32,000 nt of DNA from Candidatus Methanophagaceae archaeon (GTDB lineage: Archaea > Halobacteriota > Syntropharchaeia > Alkanophagales > Methanospirareceae). The stretch lies in contig PQXB01000001.1 of assembly GCA_003194425.1 (NCBI GenBank), positions 670,444 through 702,443 of the forward strand, read 5' to 3'. Below are positions 1-7,851 of this stretch, piece after piece; position 1 is the first letter of the stretch, and each line of letters opens with the position of its first letter. The position numbers and the translations under genes were made by a program. Below the pieces are notes generated by a model. The model was not told the origin of the DNA. It did not search any database and was given only the letters and a program-made list of their open reading frames with translations.

Positions 1-413
1 AGGGGGTGAAGAGCCACGTAGAAGCGGGCAGAGAGCGGATTTTTGCGTTAATTTCGGGCGCTGGGGGAGGGGAAGAGGAGGTAAAAAGAGGCGGAAAAAA
101 GAGAGAAGCGGCAGAAGTAGCAAGTCCTGAAGTAGCAAGCCCTGACCCTCCCACAAGAGACAAAAAAGGGAAAAAAGACGAAGAAGAGAGTGAAGAAGAG
201 AGTAAGGAAGAGTTTCAGGTAGTTCGAGCGTTAGAAGACCTGCCCACTTTTATGGGCATTGACGGCAGGATTTATAAAGTGAAAAAAGAAGATGTTCTTA
301 CGCTGCCCAAGACCAACGCTGAAATATTGTGCAACCGCGGAGTCGCAGTGCGGTTGAGAGGAAGGGGGAGGGTAGAAAGAAAAGGAGAAACAGAAACAAA
401 AACAGAAAAATGA
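1..413 (+). CDS. C-terminal part of a GINS-like (Gins51/Gins15-type) replication factor; the 5' end lies outside the window
   Basis: The frame of track ORF 6..413 is open to the window edge. From memory, the C-terminal segment [45 protein letters not shown] resembles the B-domain of archaeal Gins51. It is preceded by a low-complexity linker with EVASP x2 (114..143) and EEES x2 (181..204) tandem duplications. The stop overlaps the next start (ATGA at 410..413). Family call not verified. Confidence 0.4.
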   Translation, partial: GVKSHVEAGRERIFALISGAGGGEEEVKRGGKKREAAEVASPEVASPDPPTRDKKGKKDEEESEEESKEEFQVVRALEDLPTFMGIDGRIYKVKKEDVLTLPKTNAEILCNRGVAVRLRGRGRVERKGETETKTEK

Positions 414-688
414 AAATGCCGAAACGACAGAGGGTGCACTGCCCGTTCTGTGGCAGGCACACCGTGCACGAGGTAGAAAAGGTAAAGAAGGGACGACCGT
501 CTTCGCTGACCTGGATTGTGGGGCAGAAGAAGCGCAGGTCAGGGCTTGGCAACGCAGGGAAGTTCTCGAAGGTTCCCGGCGGCGACAAGCCGACAAAAAA
601 GGTCTTTCTCAGGTACAAATGCACCGAATGCAAGAAGTCGCACCAACGAGCAGGCTTTAGAGTCTCCAAACTTGAACTCGTGGAGTGA
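410..688 (+). CDS. rpl44e: 50S ribosomal protein L44e (eL42)
   Basis: [22 protein letters not shown]...[13 protein letters not shown] has the CxxC...CxxC zinc ribbon and basic composition typical of L44e. ATG 410 lies inside track ORF 329..688, in the same frame. Confidence 0.9.
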   Translation: MKMPKRQRVHCPFCGRHTVHEVEKVKKGRPSSLTWIVGQKKRRSGLGNAGKFSKVPGGDKPTKKVFLRYKCTECKKSHQRAGFRVSKLELVE

Positions 689-702
689 GGTGAAAACGGA
701 AA

Positions 703-888
703 ATGAAAAAAGAGAGAAAAACGAGGAGTAAATTCTTGGTTGTAAAATGTAGCGACTGCGAGAACGAGCAGGTTGTCTTTGACCACGCCTCAACGCTTGT
801 GAAGTGCAATGTCTGCGGTAGGACTTTGGTTGAGCCGCGAGGCGGGAAAGCAGAGACAACGGGCAGGGTAATTAAGGTGCTTGAGTGA
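703..888 (+). CDS. rps27e: 30S ribosomal protein S27e (eS27)
   Basis: 61 aa. FLVVKCSDCENEQVVFDHASTLVKCNVCGRTL is the S27e zinc-ribbon signature. The gene follows L44e as in many archaea. Confidence 0.9.
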   Translation: MKKERKTRSKFLVVKCSDCENEQVVFDHASTLVKCNVCGRTLVEPRGGKAETTGRVIKVLE

Positions 889-909
889 GACAACCTTCAG
901 GCAGTTATG

Positions 910-1044
910 TCAGCCTGCTTTAACCTCAACCTTTAACGCCTCACTGTAGCCTGCAATTGCTTCTCTGACGTTTCTTACCGCCTCTTCCCAGGTCTCCCCT
1001 GAGAGGCGCCCATTTGCTCTTCTCCTTTTTACAAAAACATTTCG
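910..1044 (-). pseudogene. Remnant of a HicB/UPF0150-family (antitoxin-like) gene, C-terminal fragment without a start codon
   Basis: The minus-strand frame reads RNVFVKRRRANGRLSGETWEEAVRNVREAIAGYSEALKVEVKAG*. The G-E-T-x-E-E-A-x-x-N-x-x-E-A-I-x-x-Y core matches the family motif PGCxSQGxTxEEAxxNxxEAI. The frame is closed by a stop just upstream and has no ATG, GTG or TTG. Confidence 0.35.
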
Positions 1045-1141
1045 TTAAGAAAGCGTTAAGAAAGAAAACTTTACCAAAGAAAAAAATAGAAATAGAAACA
1101 GTTTTTCAAAAAATTTAAAGAGAGAAAGATAAGAGAAAAAG

Positions 1142-1936
1142 ATGAGAGAGGAGTGGCCGGAGAGGGGGGAGTTGGTAGTTTGCACGGCGGAAGCGCTTAG
1201 GCCGTTTGGGGTCTTCGTTAGGCTTGAGGAGTACGAGGGGAAAGAGGGGTTGATTCACATTTCTGAGGTTACCACGGGCTGGGTGAGGCATTTGCGGGAC
1301 TACGTGCGGGAGGGGCAGAAGGTGGTCTGCAAGGTGCTGCAGGTGGACGCGCAGCGGGGGCACATTGACCTCTCGCTAAAGAAGGTGAAAGAGGGGCAGA
1401 AAAAGGAGCGGATAACAGAATGGAAGCAGGACAAGAAAGCCGAGAAGTGGCTCTCGCTCGCTCTTTCTGACACGGCACCCAGCAGCACAGAAGAGTTCAA
1501 GAGGATCGAGGCGAAGTTGTCGGAGGCTTACGGGAGTTTGTACAACGCGTTTGAGGAGGTTGTAAAGACTGGCAAAGAAGCACTGACCTGTCTTGGCGTA
1601 GCGGAGGAGTACGCAGAGGCGGTTCACGAGGTTGCGGTCGCAAATATGAAACTGCCTTCGGTGCAGATTCTCGGGTTTTTGGAACTGACCTGTCCTCTGC
1701 CCGACGGTGTAGAGAAGATAAAAGAAGCGTTGAGGGCTGCAGAGGCAGTAAAGGGGGCAAAGAAAGAGGCTGAGTTGGAGTGTCTCTACCTTGGGGCGCC
1801 GAAGTACAAAATGCGTGTCGTCGCGTCAGACTACAAGACCGCGGAAAGCGTTTTAAGTGCCGCGTCGGAGGCTGCTCTTGAAGTGATTAAGAAAAATAGC
1901 GGCTGGGGGCGGTTCTACCGCAAAACTTTTTCTTAA
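1142..1936 (+). CDS. eif2a: Translation initiation factor aIF2 alpha subunit
   Basis: N-terminal S1 fold (GELVVCTAEALRPFGVFVRLEEYEGKEGLIHISEV), with length and layout typical of aIF2-alpha. It sits in the conserved L44e-S27e-aIF2a-Nop10 neighbourhood. Confidence 0.9.
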   Translation: MREEWPERGELVVCTAEALRPFGVFVRLEEYEGKEGLIHISEVTTGWVRHLRDYVREGQKVVCKVLQVDAQRGHIDLSLKKVKEGQKKERITEWKQDKKAEKWLSLALSDTAPSSTEEFKRIEAKLSEAYGSLYNAFEEVVKTGKEALTCLGVAEEYAEAVHEVAVANMKLPSVQILGFLELTCPLPDGVEKIKEALRAAEAVKGAKKEAELECLYLGAPKYKMRVVASDYKTAESVLSAASEAALEVIKKNSGWGRFYRKTFS

Positions 1937-2016
1937 AAAGAAAAACTTTACTAAAAGAAATTGCGAAAATGGTAAAACTTTCTTTTTGAGAAAGGTTTCT
2001 TTTAAAGAAAGGTTTT

Positions 2017-2178
2017 ATGAAGTCAAAGATAAGGAAATGTGTAGCGTGTGGTGACTACACGCTAAAAGAGGTCTGCGAGAGGTGCGGGCGGGAGACGGAG
2101 AGTTCAGTGCCTCCGCGGTTCTCGCCCAAAGACCCTTACGGAAAATACAGAAGGATGACAAAAATATGGAAGAAATAG
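2017..2178 (+). CDS. nop10: H/ACA RNP protein Nop10
   Basis: 53-aa ORF below the track cutoff: MKSKIRKCVACGDYTLKEVCERCGRETESSVPPRFSPKDPYGKYRRMTKIWKK. It has the zinc ribbon plus the PPRFSPxDxYxxYR motif of Nop10. Confidence 0.85.
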   Translation: MKSKIRKCVACGDYTLKEVCERCGRETESSVPPRFSPKDPYGKYRRMTKIWKK

Positions 2179-2930
2179 AAGTGCGTGAGCTGAAGAAGGT
2201 GAAATTGGAGAATCCGGTAATGATTGAGGGGCTGCCGGGAGTGGGAAATGTGGGGAAGTTGGTGGCAGAGCATTTAATCCAAGAGTTGAACGCCGAGAAG
2301 ATTGTTGAGATTTACTCGTGGCATTTTCCTCCGCAGGTCTTGGTAAACAACGACGGAACGGTCAGGCTTTGCAAGAACGAGGTCTTTGCGTGGAAGTCAA
2401 AAACAAAGCAGCAGGATTTGTTGATCGTAAGCGGGGACGAGCAGAGTGTTACGAACGAGGGGCATTATTTTATAACCGAGACGCTACTTGACCTAGCACA
2501 GAAATACAAGGTCTCCCGCATTTTTACTCTCGGCGGCTACGGAATCGGTCAGCTCGTCGAGAAGCAGTCTGTGCTCGGTGCTGCGAATGAAATCAGGCTT
2601 GTAGAGGAGATGAAAAAATATGGGGTAGAGTTCCGCGAGGAAGAACCAGGCGGTAGCATTGTGGGTGCGTCAGGGCTTCTGCTCGGTCTCGGAAGGCTGA
2701 GAGGCATTCCCGCGATGTGCCTTCTTGGTCTTACCTCGGGTTACTTGGTTGACCCCAAAAGTGCTCAAGCGGTTCTCAAGGTTCTCTGTCAGGCGTTGAA
2801 CCTCGAGATTGGAATGCAGGCGTTGAAAGACCGCGCAGAAGAAATGGAGAAGGTCATTGAGCGGCTGAAGGAAATGGAGAAGGCGCAGATTCCGAGACAC
2901 CGCGAAGAAGAACTCGGCTACATTCGCTGA
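2166..2930 (+). CDS. PAC2-family protein (archaeal proteasome assembly chaperone-like)
   Basis: The start was chosen at MEEIEVRELKK inside track ORF 2082..2930 and overlaps nop10 by 13 nt. The IEGLPGVGNVGKLVAEHLI motif is typical of PAC2/DUF75 proteins, which commonly follow nop10. Confidence 0.7.
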   Translation: MEEIEVRELKKVKLENPVMIEGLPGVGNVGKLVAEHLIQELNAEKIVEIYSWHFPPQVLVNNDGTVRLCKNEVFAWKSKTKQQDLLIVSGDEQSVTNEGHYFITETLLDLAQKYKVSRIFTLGGYGIGQLVEKQSVLGAANEIRLVEEMKKYGVEFREEEPGGSIVGASGLLLGLGRLRGIPAMCLLGLTSGYLVDPKSAQAVLKVLCQALNLEIGMQALKDRAEEMEKVIERLKEMEKAQIPRHREEELGYIR

Positions 2931-2954
2931 ACCTGCACCGCTGAACCCGCTAAA

Positions 2955-4247
2955 TTAAGCGGAGTTCTGTGTTAGTATTTTGAGGGATGCTGGCTTCCTG
3001 ACCACGTCCCCCATTTTTATCCCGACCACAAAATCCAAGTTCTTCTCTCTCGCCAAATCCACGATTCGCTGCGTAACCATTCCGTCGAAGACCACTGCCG
3101 TCACTTTCTCGCTCGCCTCTTTCAACTCCTTTGCTAACTCTCGCACCGCCGTCTCCTTCACGATTTTTTTCTCATTGTTCAGCAGTCGTGCCTTAAAACT
3201 GCCCTCAAGTTCTTGCAAGTGCCTCTTAAAAGGGTTTGGGCTTTTTTCTGCCTTCTCTTCCTCCTCCTTAACCTTGACCGCAGTAGCAGTGCTCTTTCTC
3301 TGAATTACTCTCGTCGTCGACCTTGTCGCTGGCTCTCTCTCTGCTCCGTTCGCTACCGTCTGTCTCGCCGCCGCTGGTGGCTGTGACGGTGGTGGACGCT
3401 GGTCGCGCTTTTGTGTCTGTACCTGCTCCTTCTTCCTGAGGCTCTCCTTCTGCTCCACCGGCATTTTATTCTGCAACGCTTTTGAAATCTCCTTGTATGT
3501 CATATCCTCAACGCTGCGTCCTTCTGGCGAAGTCGCGATGAAATCAACTTCCGCGACCTGCAAGAGCTCCTTCAGAATAAGTTCCCCGCCTCGGTCGCCG
3601 TCGAAGAAGGCTGTGACCGTCTTTCGCTTGCTCAGCTTGGCAATAGTGGGAGGAATGTTCGTGCCTTCTACGGCTACAGTGTTTTTTATCCCGTATTTGA
3701 GCAGGTTCAAAACATCTGCCCGTCCCTCTACAATTAAAACAGCGTCCGAGCTCTCTACGTTCGGTCCCGCGGGCAAGCCCTTGTAACTGACGATTTCCTC
3801 CATCCGAACCGCCCGTTTCACCTCGCTCACCATCGTCTCAGTGTCAATGCTCTTCTCAATCGCCTCGCGCATCAGTTCTTTCGCCCGCTCTGTGATTTGT
3901 CTTCGCTTTGTCGCCCGAATGTCCACCACCTTCGTGACATTTACGTGCGCAACGCACGGACCTACCCTGTCAATCGTCTCCAAAGAAGCAGCAAGAATTG
4001 CGGTCTCTACCTTATCCAAGCCCGATGGAATGAGAATTTCTCCGCTTGATTTCCCTGTCTTCGACTCAATGTTCACCTCAATTCTGCCGATTCGGCTGCT
4101 CTTCTGCAAGTCTCGCAAGTCCAAATCGTCGCCCAACAGCCCTTCGGTTTGGCCAAAGATTGCACCCACCACATCAGATTTCTCAACGAAACCCTCGGCT
4201 GTGATGTTAGCGTGAATTACATATTTTGTCGTGTCTATTTCTGACAT
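2955..4247 (-). CDS. dnaG: Archaeal DnaG-type primase (Toprim, exosome-associated)
   Basis: The N-terminus KYVIHANITAEGFVEKSDVVGAIFGQTEGLLGDDLDLRDLQKSSRIGRIEV is near-invariant in archaeal DnaG. A Toprim region (VLIVEGRADVLNL...FFDGDRGGELI) is present. There is a low-complexity P/Q/K/E-rich insertion before the C-terminal domain. Confidence 0.9.
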   Translation of the reverse strand: MSEIDTTKYVIHANITAEGFVEKSDVVGAIFGQTEGLLGDDLDLRDLQKSSRIGRIEVNIESKTGKSSGEILIPSGLDKVETAILAASLETIDRVGPCVAHVNVTKVVDIRATKRRQITERAKELMREAIEKSIDTETMVSEVKRAVRMEEIVSYKGLPAGPNVESSDAVLIVEGRADVLNLLKYGIKNTVAVEGTNIPPTIAKLSKRKTVTAFFDGDRGGELILKELLQVAEVDFIATSPEGRSVEDMTYKEISKALQNKMPVEQKESLRKKEQVQTQKRDQRPPPSQPPAAARQTVANGAEREPATRSTTRVIQRKSTATAVKVKEEEEKAEKSPNPFKRHLQELEGSFKARLLNNEKKIVKETAVRELAKELKEASEKVTAVVFDGMVTQRIVDLAREKNLDFVVGIKMGDVVRKPASLKILTQNSA

Positions 4248-4296
4248 TTTATCTTTCTCTTCTCCTCTGTCTTTTTTTGTCTTTTATTTTGGTAAC

Positions 4297-4437
4297 TTTT
4301 CCTACTTATCTTTTGCTCCTTTTCCTACTTATCTTTTGCTTGCTTTAACCTTTGCTTGCTTTAACCTTAACTTTTAAACCGAGGTTAGCCGTAGAGGATA
4401 CCGAGGTTAGCCGTAGTACCGAGGTTAGCCGTAGAGG
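4297..4437. repeat. Three adjoining tandem duplications between the dnaG start and the tRNA-Val 3' end
   Basis: The three units are ttttcctacttatcttttgctcc x2 (23 bp, 4297..4342), tttgcttgctttaacc x2 (16 bp, 4335..4366) and accgaggttagccgtag x3 (4378..4434, spacing 22 and 18 bp). Confidence 0.85.
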
Positions 4438-4461
4438 CGTTTCCAACTTTAAAGGAAGAAA

Positions 4462-4534
4462 TGGGCTCGATGCGATTCGAACGCATGACCTCCGCCTCGT
4501 GAAGGCGGTGTCATTCCAACTAGACCACGAGCCC
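4462..4534 (-). tRNA. tRNA-Val (anticodon CAC), no intron
   Basis: The reverse complement folds as a cloverleaf: GGGCTCG/CGAGCCC acceptor, CCGCC-TTCACGA-GGCGG anticodon arm, ATGCG-TTCGAAT-CGCAT T arm, discriminator A. CCA is not encoded. Confidence 0.9.
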
Positions 4535-4598
4535 CGCACTTTTCATCTTGTTTCTTTTGCTATTTTTTATCTGTTTAATAAAAAATAAAAAAGGAAAG

Positions 4599-5819
4599 AT
4601 GAAAATAAAAGCGGTTAAGGGAGGGCTTTGCGCTGTGAACGGGGTGCGGGCGAACGGAGTAAGAGAGGGAAGCAAGGGGTTGGCGTTGATCGCGGGGAAG
4701 GAAAGAGGAGGGACGGCGGTAGGAATGTTCACGGCAAACAAGATAAAAGCAGCACCTGTACTGCTCACGGCGAGGCTGCTTGAGAAGGGCGGTGGGAGAG
4801 TAAGTGCAATAATTGCGAACAGCGGTTGCGCGAACTGTTTTACAGGGGCGGAAGGAAAAAGGAAAGCGGAGAGAATGGCGGAGCTCGTTGCTTCTTCGTT
4901 GGGCGTTCCCGAGGAAGAGGTCGCGGTCGCGTCTACCGGTCCGATCGGGAAGCAGTTGGACATTGGGCTAATCGAGAGGCAGCTCGGCGAGGTGGCGGAA
5001 GGGCTGACTTCTGAAGCGCGGGGAAGCACGGCGGCGGCGAAGGCGATAATGACCACTGACACCTTTCACAAGGAGCAGGCGGTGAGCATTGAGACCGACG
5101 CGGGCGGACGAGTGGCGGTCGGCGGAATTGCGAAAGGCTCGGGGATGATTTTTCCACACCTGCAGCTAAGCGGCGGCGGACGCGGGGCGACGATGCTCGC
5201 TTTTATTTACACGGACGCCGACCTCTCGGAAGAGGTGTTGAGAAGGAGTTTGGAGGACGCAGTTGAGAACTCGTTTAATATGGTCGTGGTGGACGGGGAT
5301 ATGAGCACGAACGATATGGTTTTGCTGGTCTCCACGGGGTCTGGAGAGGCAGGCGAGGCAGAGAAAATAAGTGAAGCAGAGTTTAGAGCGGGCTTGGATT
5401 TCGTCTGCAAGGAGCTTGCGAAGCAGATTGCGCGGGACGGCGAGGGGGCGACGAAGTTTGTTGAGGTGCGAGTGAGGGGGGCGTCGTCGGTTGAGGACGC
5501 GAGAGAAGTGGCGAGGGCAGTCGTCAGGTCGCCGTTGGTGAAGAGTGCGATTTTTGGCGGGCGCCGCCCTGACCTCGTGCGTGGTCGTGTAGCTGCAGCG
5601 GTCGGGAGTTGTGCCGTCGCTGGCGAGTTTGGAGAAGAGGAACTCTCGGTAACCTTGAAAAGCGAGGGCAGGGAAATTTTTATTGAAGTGGATTTGGGCG
5701 CAGGGGCTGGCGCAGGGGCGAGAGCAGGGGAAGGAAAGAGAGAAAGGAAGGGAGAAGGAGAAGCGACGGCGTGGGGCTGCGACCTTTCTTACGACTACGT
5801 CCGGATAAACGCGGGTTGA
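4599..5819 (+). CDS. argJ: Bifunctional ornithine acetyltransferase / N-acetylglutamate synthase ArgJ
   Basis: GCANCFTG, MTTDT and the self-cleavage motif GATMLAFIYTDA are present, and the C-terminus is DYVRINAG. ATG 4599 was chosen inside track ORF 4548..5819. There are insertions next to the cleavage site and near the C-terminus (GAGAGAGARAGEGKRERKGEGE). Confidence 0.9.
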   Translation: MKIKAVKGGLCAVNGVRANGVREGSKGLALIAGKERGGTAVGMFTANKIKAAPVLLTARLLEKGGGRVSAIIANSGCANCFTGAEGKRKAERMAELVASSLGVPEEEVAVASTGPIGKQLDIGLIERQLGEVAEGLTSEARGSTAAAKAIMTTDTFHKEQAVSIETDAGGRVAVGGIAKGSGMIFPHLQLSGGGRGATMLAFIYTDADLSEEVLRRSLEDAVENSFNMVVVDGDMSTNDMVLLVSTGSGEAGEAEKISEAEFRAGLDFVCKELAKQIARDGEGATKFVEVRVRGASSVEDAREVARAVVRSPLVKSAIFGGRRPDLVRGRVAAAVGSCAVAGEFGEEELSVTLKSEGREIFIEVDLGAGAGAGARAGEGKRERKGEGEATAWGCDLSYDYVRINAG

Positions 5820-5824
5820 GTTAG

Positions 5825-6430
5825 TTAGGCGTAGTTTATTTTTTCGTAGAGGCTGTTCCCTCGCACGTCTATGCTGACTACGAGGGGGCCGAAATCTTCG
5901 ACGAGTAGGTGCCAGACCGCTTCAGCAATGCCGAGGTCTTCCCAGTAGACGGCTTTCACAGTTTTTATGCGTGTAGCAGCCAAGACACCTGCACCGCCGG
6001 TCATCGCGAGATAAACGCAGCCGTATTTACGCATCGCTTCTCGCGTGGAAACGCCCATTCCTCCTTTTCCAATTACGGCACGAATTCCTAACTTCTCAAT
6101 CACTTCTGGGGTTGCTGCGTCCATTCTTGCACTTGTGGTGGGACCCGCGGCTAAAATTTCCCCTTCTCCGACTTTCCCCTCCCGCATTCGGACGAGCGGG
6201 CCGCAGTGGTAAATTACAGCGCCCTTTTTAATCGGTATTTTTTTCCCCCTTTCTCTTTCTTTTCCCCTTTCCGTTCCCTTTTCGTGTTTTTCCCTTGAGT
6301 ATTTTAGAATCCTTTGGTGCGCTCTGTCTCTCGCGGTGTAAATTTCGCCGCTGAGCGACACGACCTCCCCCAGCCGCAGTTGCTTTATTTCACTTTCTTC
6401 GAGTGGCGTGTGTAACTTCTTTTTCGTCAT
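5825..6430 (-). CDS. Class I fumarate hydratase / tartrate dehydratase beta subunit (Fe-S hydro-lyase C-terminal domain)
   Basis: LSGEIYTARDRAHQRI...GPTTSARMD...IGKGGMG...YLAMTGGAGVLAA...EDLGIAEAVWHLLVEDFGPLVV matches the FumA C-terminal/TtdB family. ATG at 6430 (MTKKKL) is preferred over TTG at 6445. No alpha subunit is in the window. Confidence 0.75.
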   Translation of the reverse strand: MTKKKLHTPLEESEIKQLRLGEVVSLSGEIYTARDRAHQRILKYSREKHEKGTERGKERERGKKIPIKKGAVIYHCGPLVRMREGKVGEGEILAAGPTTSARMDAATPEVIEKLGIRAVIGKGGMGVSTREAMRKYGCVYLAMTGGAGVLAATRIKTVKAVYWEDLGIAEAVWHLLVEDFGPLVVSIDVRGNSLYEKINYA

Positions 6431-6435
6431 TAATC

Positions 6436-7851
6436 TCACCCCCAATCTTCCCCGCAGCCATTCAATTCTATTCCCACTTCCAACACATCCAACTCCTTCA
6501 CCTCCGCTTTCACTTCGACTCCCCCCTCCTCGGCTCCCCCCACCTCGGCACCGAGCAACTCACTCAAACTCGGCTTCGTCCTTCCTCCGTCCCCTGAAAC
6601 GAGTTCTTTTATGTACAAACCTCCCTCGCATTTTATCTCCACCACTGCCTTCACCTCCAAGAGTGCAGGCTCTTCAAACGAGGAGTCCGAGACAGAGAGC
6701 AACCTCGCACTCTGCACTCTCCGCTGCCGCACCAAGTCCGCCCGTCGGTGCAGCACCCTCGTCGGCGTCCTTTGCTTTACCACCGCACCAGTCAGCACAG
6801 CCAAAGCATTTCTCAAATCCTCTTCAGACACCTTCGCCTTTGTCTTCGTCTTCAACGCCACCACGACCCTGTAAGTCTTGTCAGGCTTCTCCTGTTTTAC
6901 CTTCGCCACCGCCTCTCGCCCAACGAGCCGAAGACCCAGAACCTCTATTTTTCCCCTGCACTCCGGCTCCGACCGAATCCGCTCCTCTAACCTCCGCAAG
7001 TCCAAATCCACGCCCTCTCCTTCTCTCCGCCGTCCTTCTCTCCGCCGTCTCGGCTTCTTTACCTCGAGCACAAAAGGGCGACCAGAGCCGAGCATTCGTG
7101 CGTCAATGTCCTCTCGCCCGCAGCCGTGCAGCACTAACTCCTCTCCCCCAAACTCCTCCAACACCGGCCCACCCAGCAGTTCTTCGACTGACTCGGCGTA
7201 AAGTTTCCCTGTAAAACCACACCTCTCGCAGCCCCTACCGCGGCACTCCCCGCAGAACCACCTCGTCTGCGGCAGCCCCCGTTCGAACTTCCTGTACCTG
7301 CCGTAAACGAAGACCGGGCTCACCTGCAACTCCACCTCCTCCGTCCACAAGTTCAGCACCACCACGACCTCAGGCGACGCAAAATCAACAACCCTCGCGG
7401 TCTCTCGCTCTAACCGCTTTCCCACCTCCCTGTTCAACTCTGCCTTCAGCGGCTCGGCGTAAGTCGCCCCCGCAGTCTCCCAGAGCAGTTCCTCGTTCTC
7501 CAGCAGCAGCCCGCTCACTTTCGTGCCGACCAGAAACGAGCCGAACTCGTACTCCTTCAGCCGCTCCAACGCCCTCGCCACCCACGCCTCCAAATTCTCA
7601 CTCCGAAACAGACCGTTGCAGACCCAGCATTTTCCCTCTTCTATTCCCTCTTCTATTTCTTCGTCTTCTTCGTCTCTCAAGGACTCTTTTACTACCCGCC
7701 CCCGCTCCTCGTTCGAGAGACCCGAGGAAATCTTCGCGAACTGCCTGCCGAGGCAGTTGTCGCAAATTGGTCCTTCTTTTATTATTTTTAGTGCGATTTT
7801 TGCTACTTCCTCTGCTCTTAAGTCTTTAAAATTTTTCATCAACTCACTCAT
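6436..7851 (-). CDS. pus10: tRNA pseudouridine synthase Pus10
   Basis: CDNCLGRQF...CWVCNGLF zinc-binding N-terminus, CGECRGRGCERCGFTGK motif and a C-terminal GGLYIKELVSGDGGRTKPS motif. The start at MSELMKNF overlaps the thrS stop (ATGA at 7848..7851). Internal RRREG x2 (7019..7048) and IEEG x2 (7632..7655) duplications are present. Confidence 0.8.
   Translation of the reverse strand: MSELMKNFKDLRAEEVAKIALKIIKEGPICDNCLGRQFAKISSGLSNEERGRVVKESLRDEEDEEIEEGIEEGKCWVCNGLFRSENLEAWVARALERLKEYEFGSFLVGTKVSGLLLENEELLWETAGATYAEPLKAELNREVGKRLERETARVVDFASPEVVVVLNLWTEEVELQVSPVFVYGRYRKFERGLPQTRWFCGECRGRGCERCGFTGKLYAESVEELLGGPVLEEFGGEELVLHGCGREDIDARMLGSGRPFVLEVKKPRRRREGRRREGEGVDLDLRRLEERIRSEPECRGKIEVLGLRLVGREAVAKVKQEKPDKTYRVVVALKTKTKAKVSEEDLRNALAVLTGAVVKQRTPTRVLHRRADLVRQRRVQSARLLSVSDSSFEEPALLEVKAVVEIKCEGGLYIKELVSGDGGRTKPSLSELLGAEVGGAEEGGVEVKAEVKELDVLEVGIELNGCGEDWG

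Noticed and set aside
4378-4437. Possible mini-CRISPR arrays (also 21507..21591, 20413..20466 and 9901..10018)
   Set aside because: The units are directly adjacent or separated by at most 5 nt, with no unique spacers of 25 to 45 bp. The units are 12 to 19 bp, shorter than CRISPR repeats, and no cas genes are present.
4345-4588. Track ORFs 4345..4539 (-) and 4352..4588 (+)
   Set aside because: They run through the tRNA-Val gene and the tandem-repeat block, and nothing supports them as coding.
6408-7214. 268-aa P/S-rich plus-strand ORF, and other plus-strand ORFs (6611..7201, 7523..8011), antisense to pus10
   Set aside because: These are mirror images of the Glu/Gly/Arg-rich Pus10 coding strand. 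They have no start context and no family resemblance.
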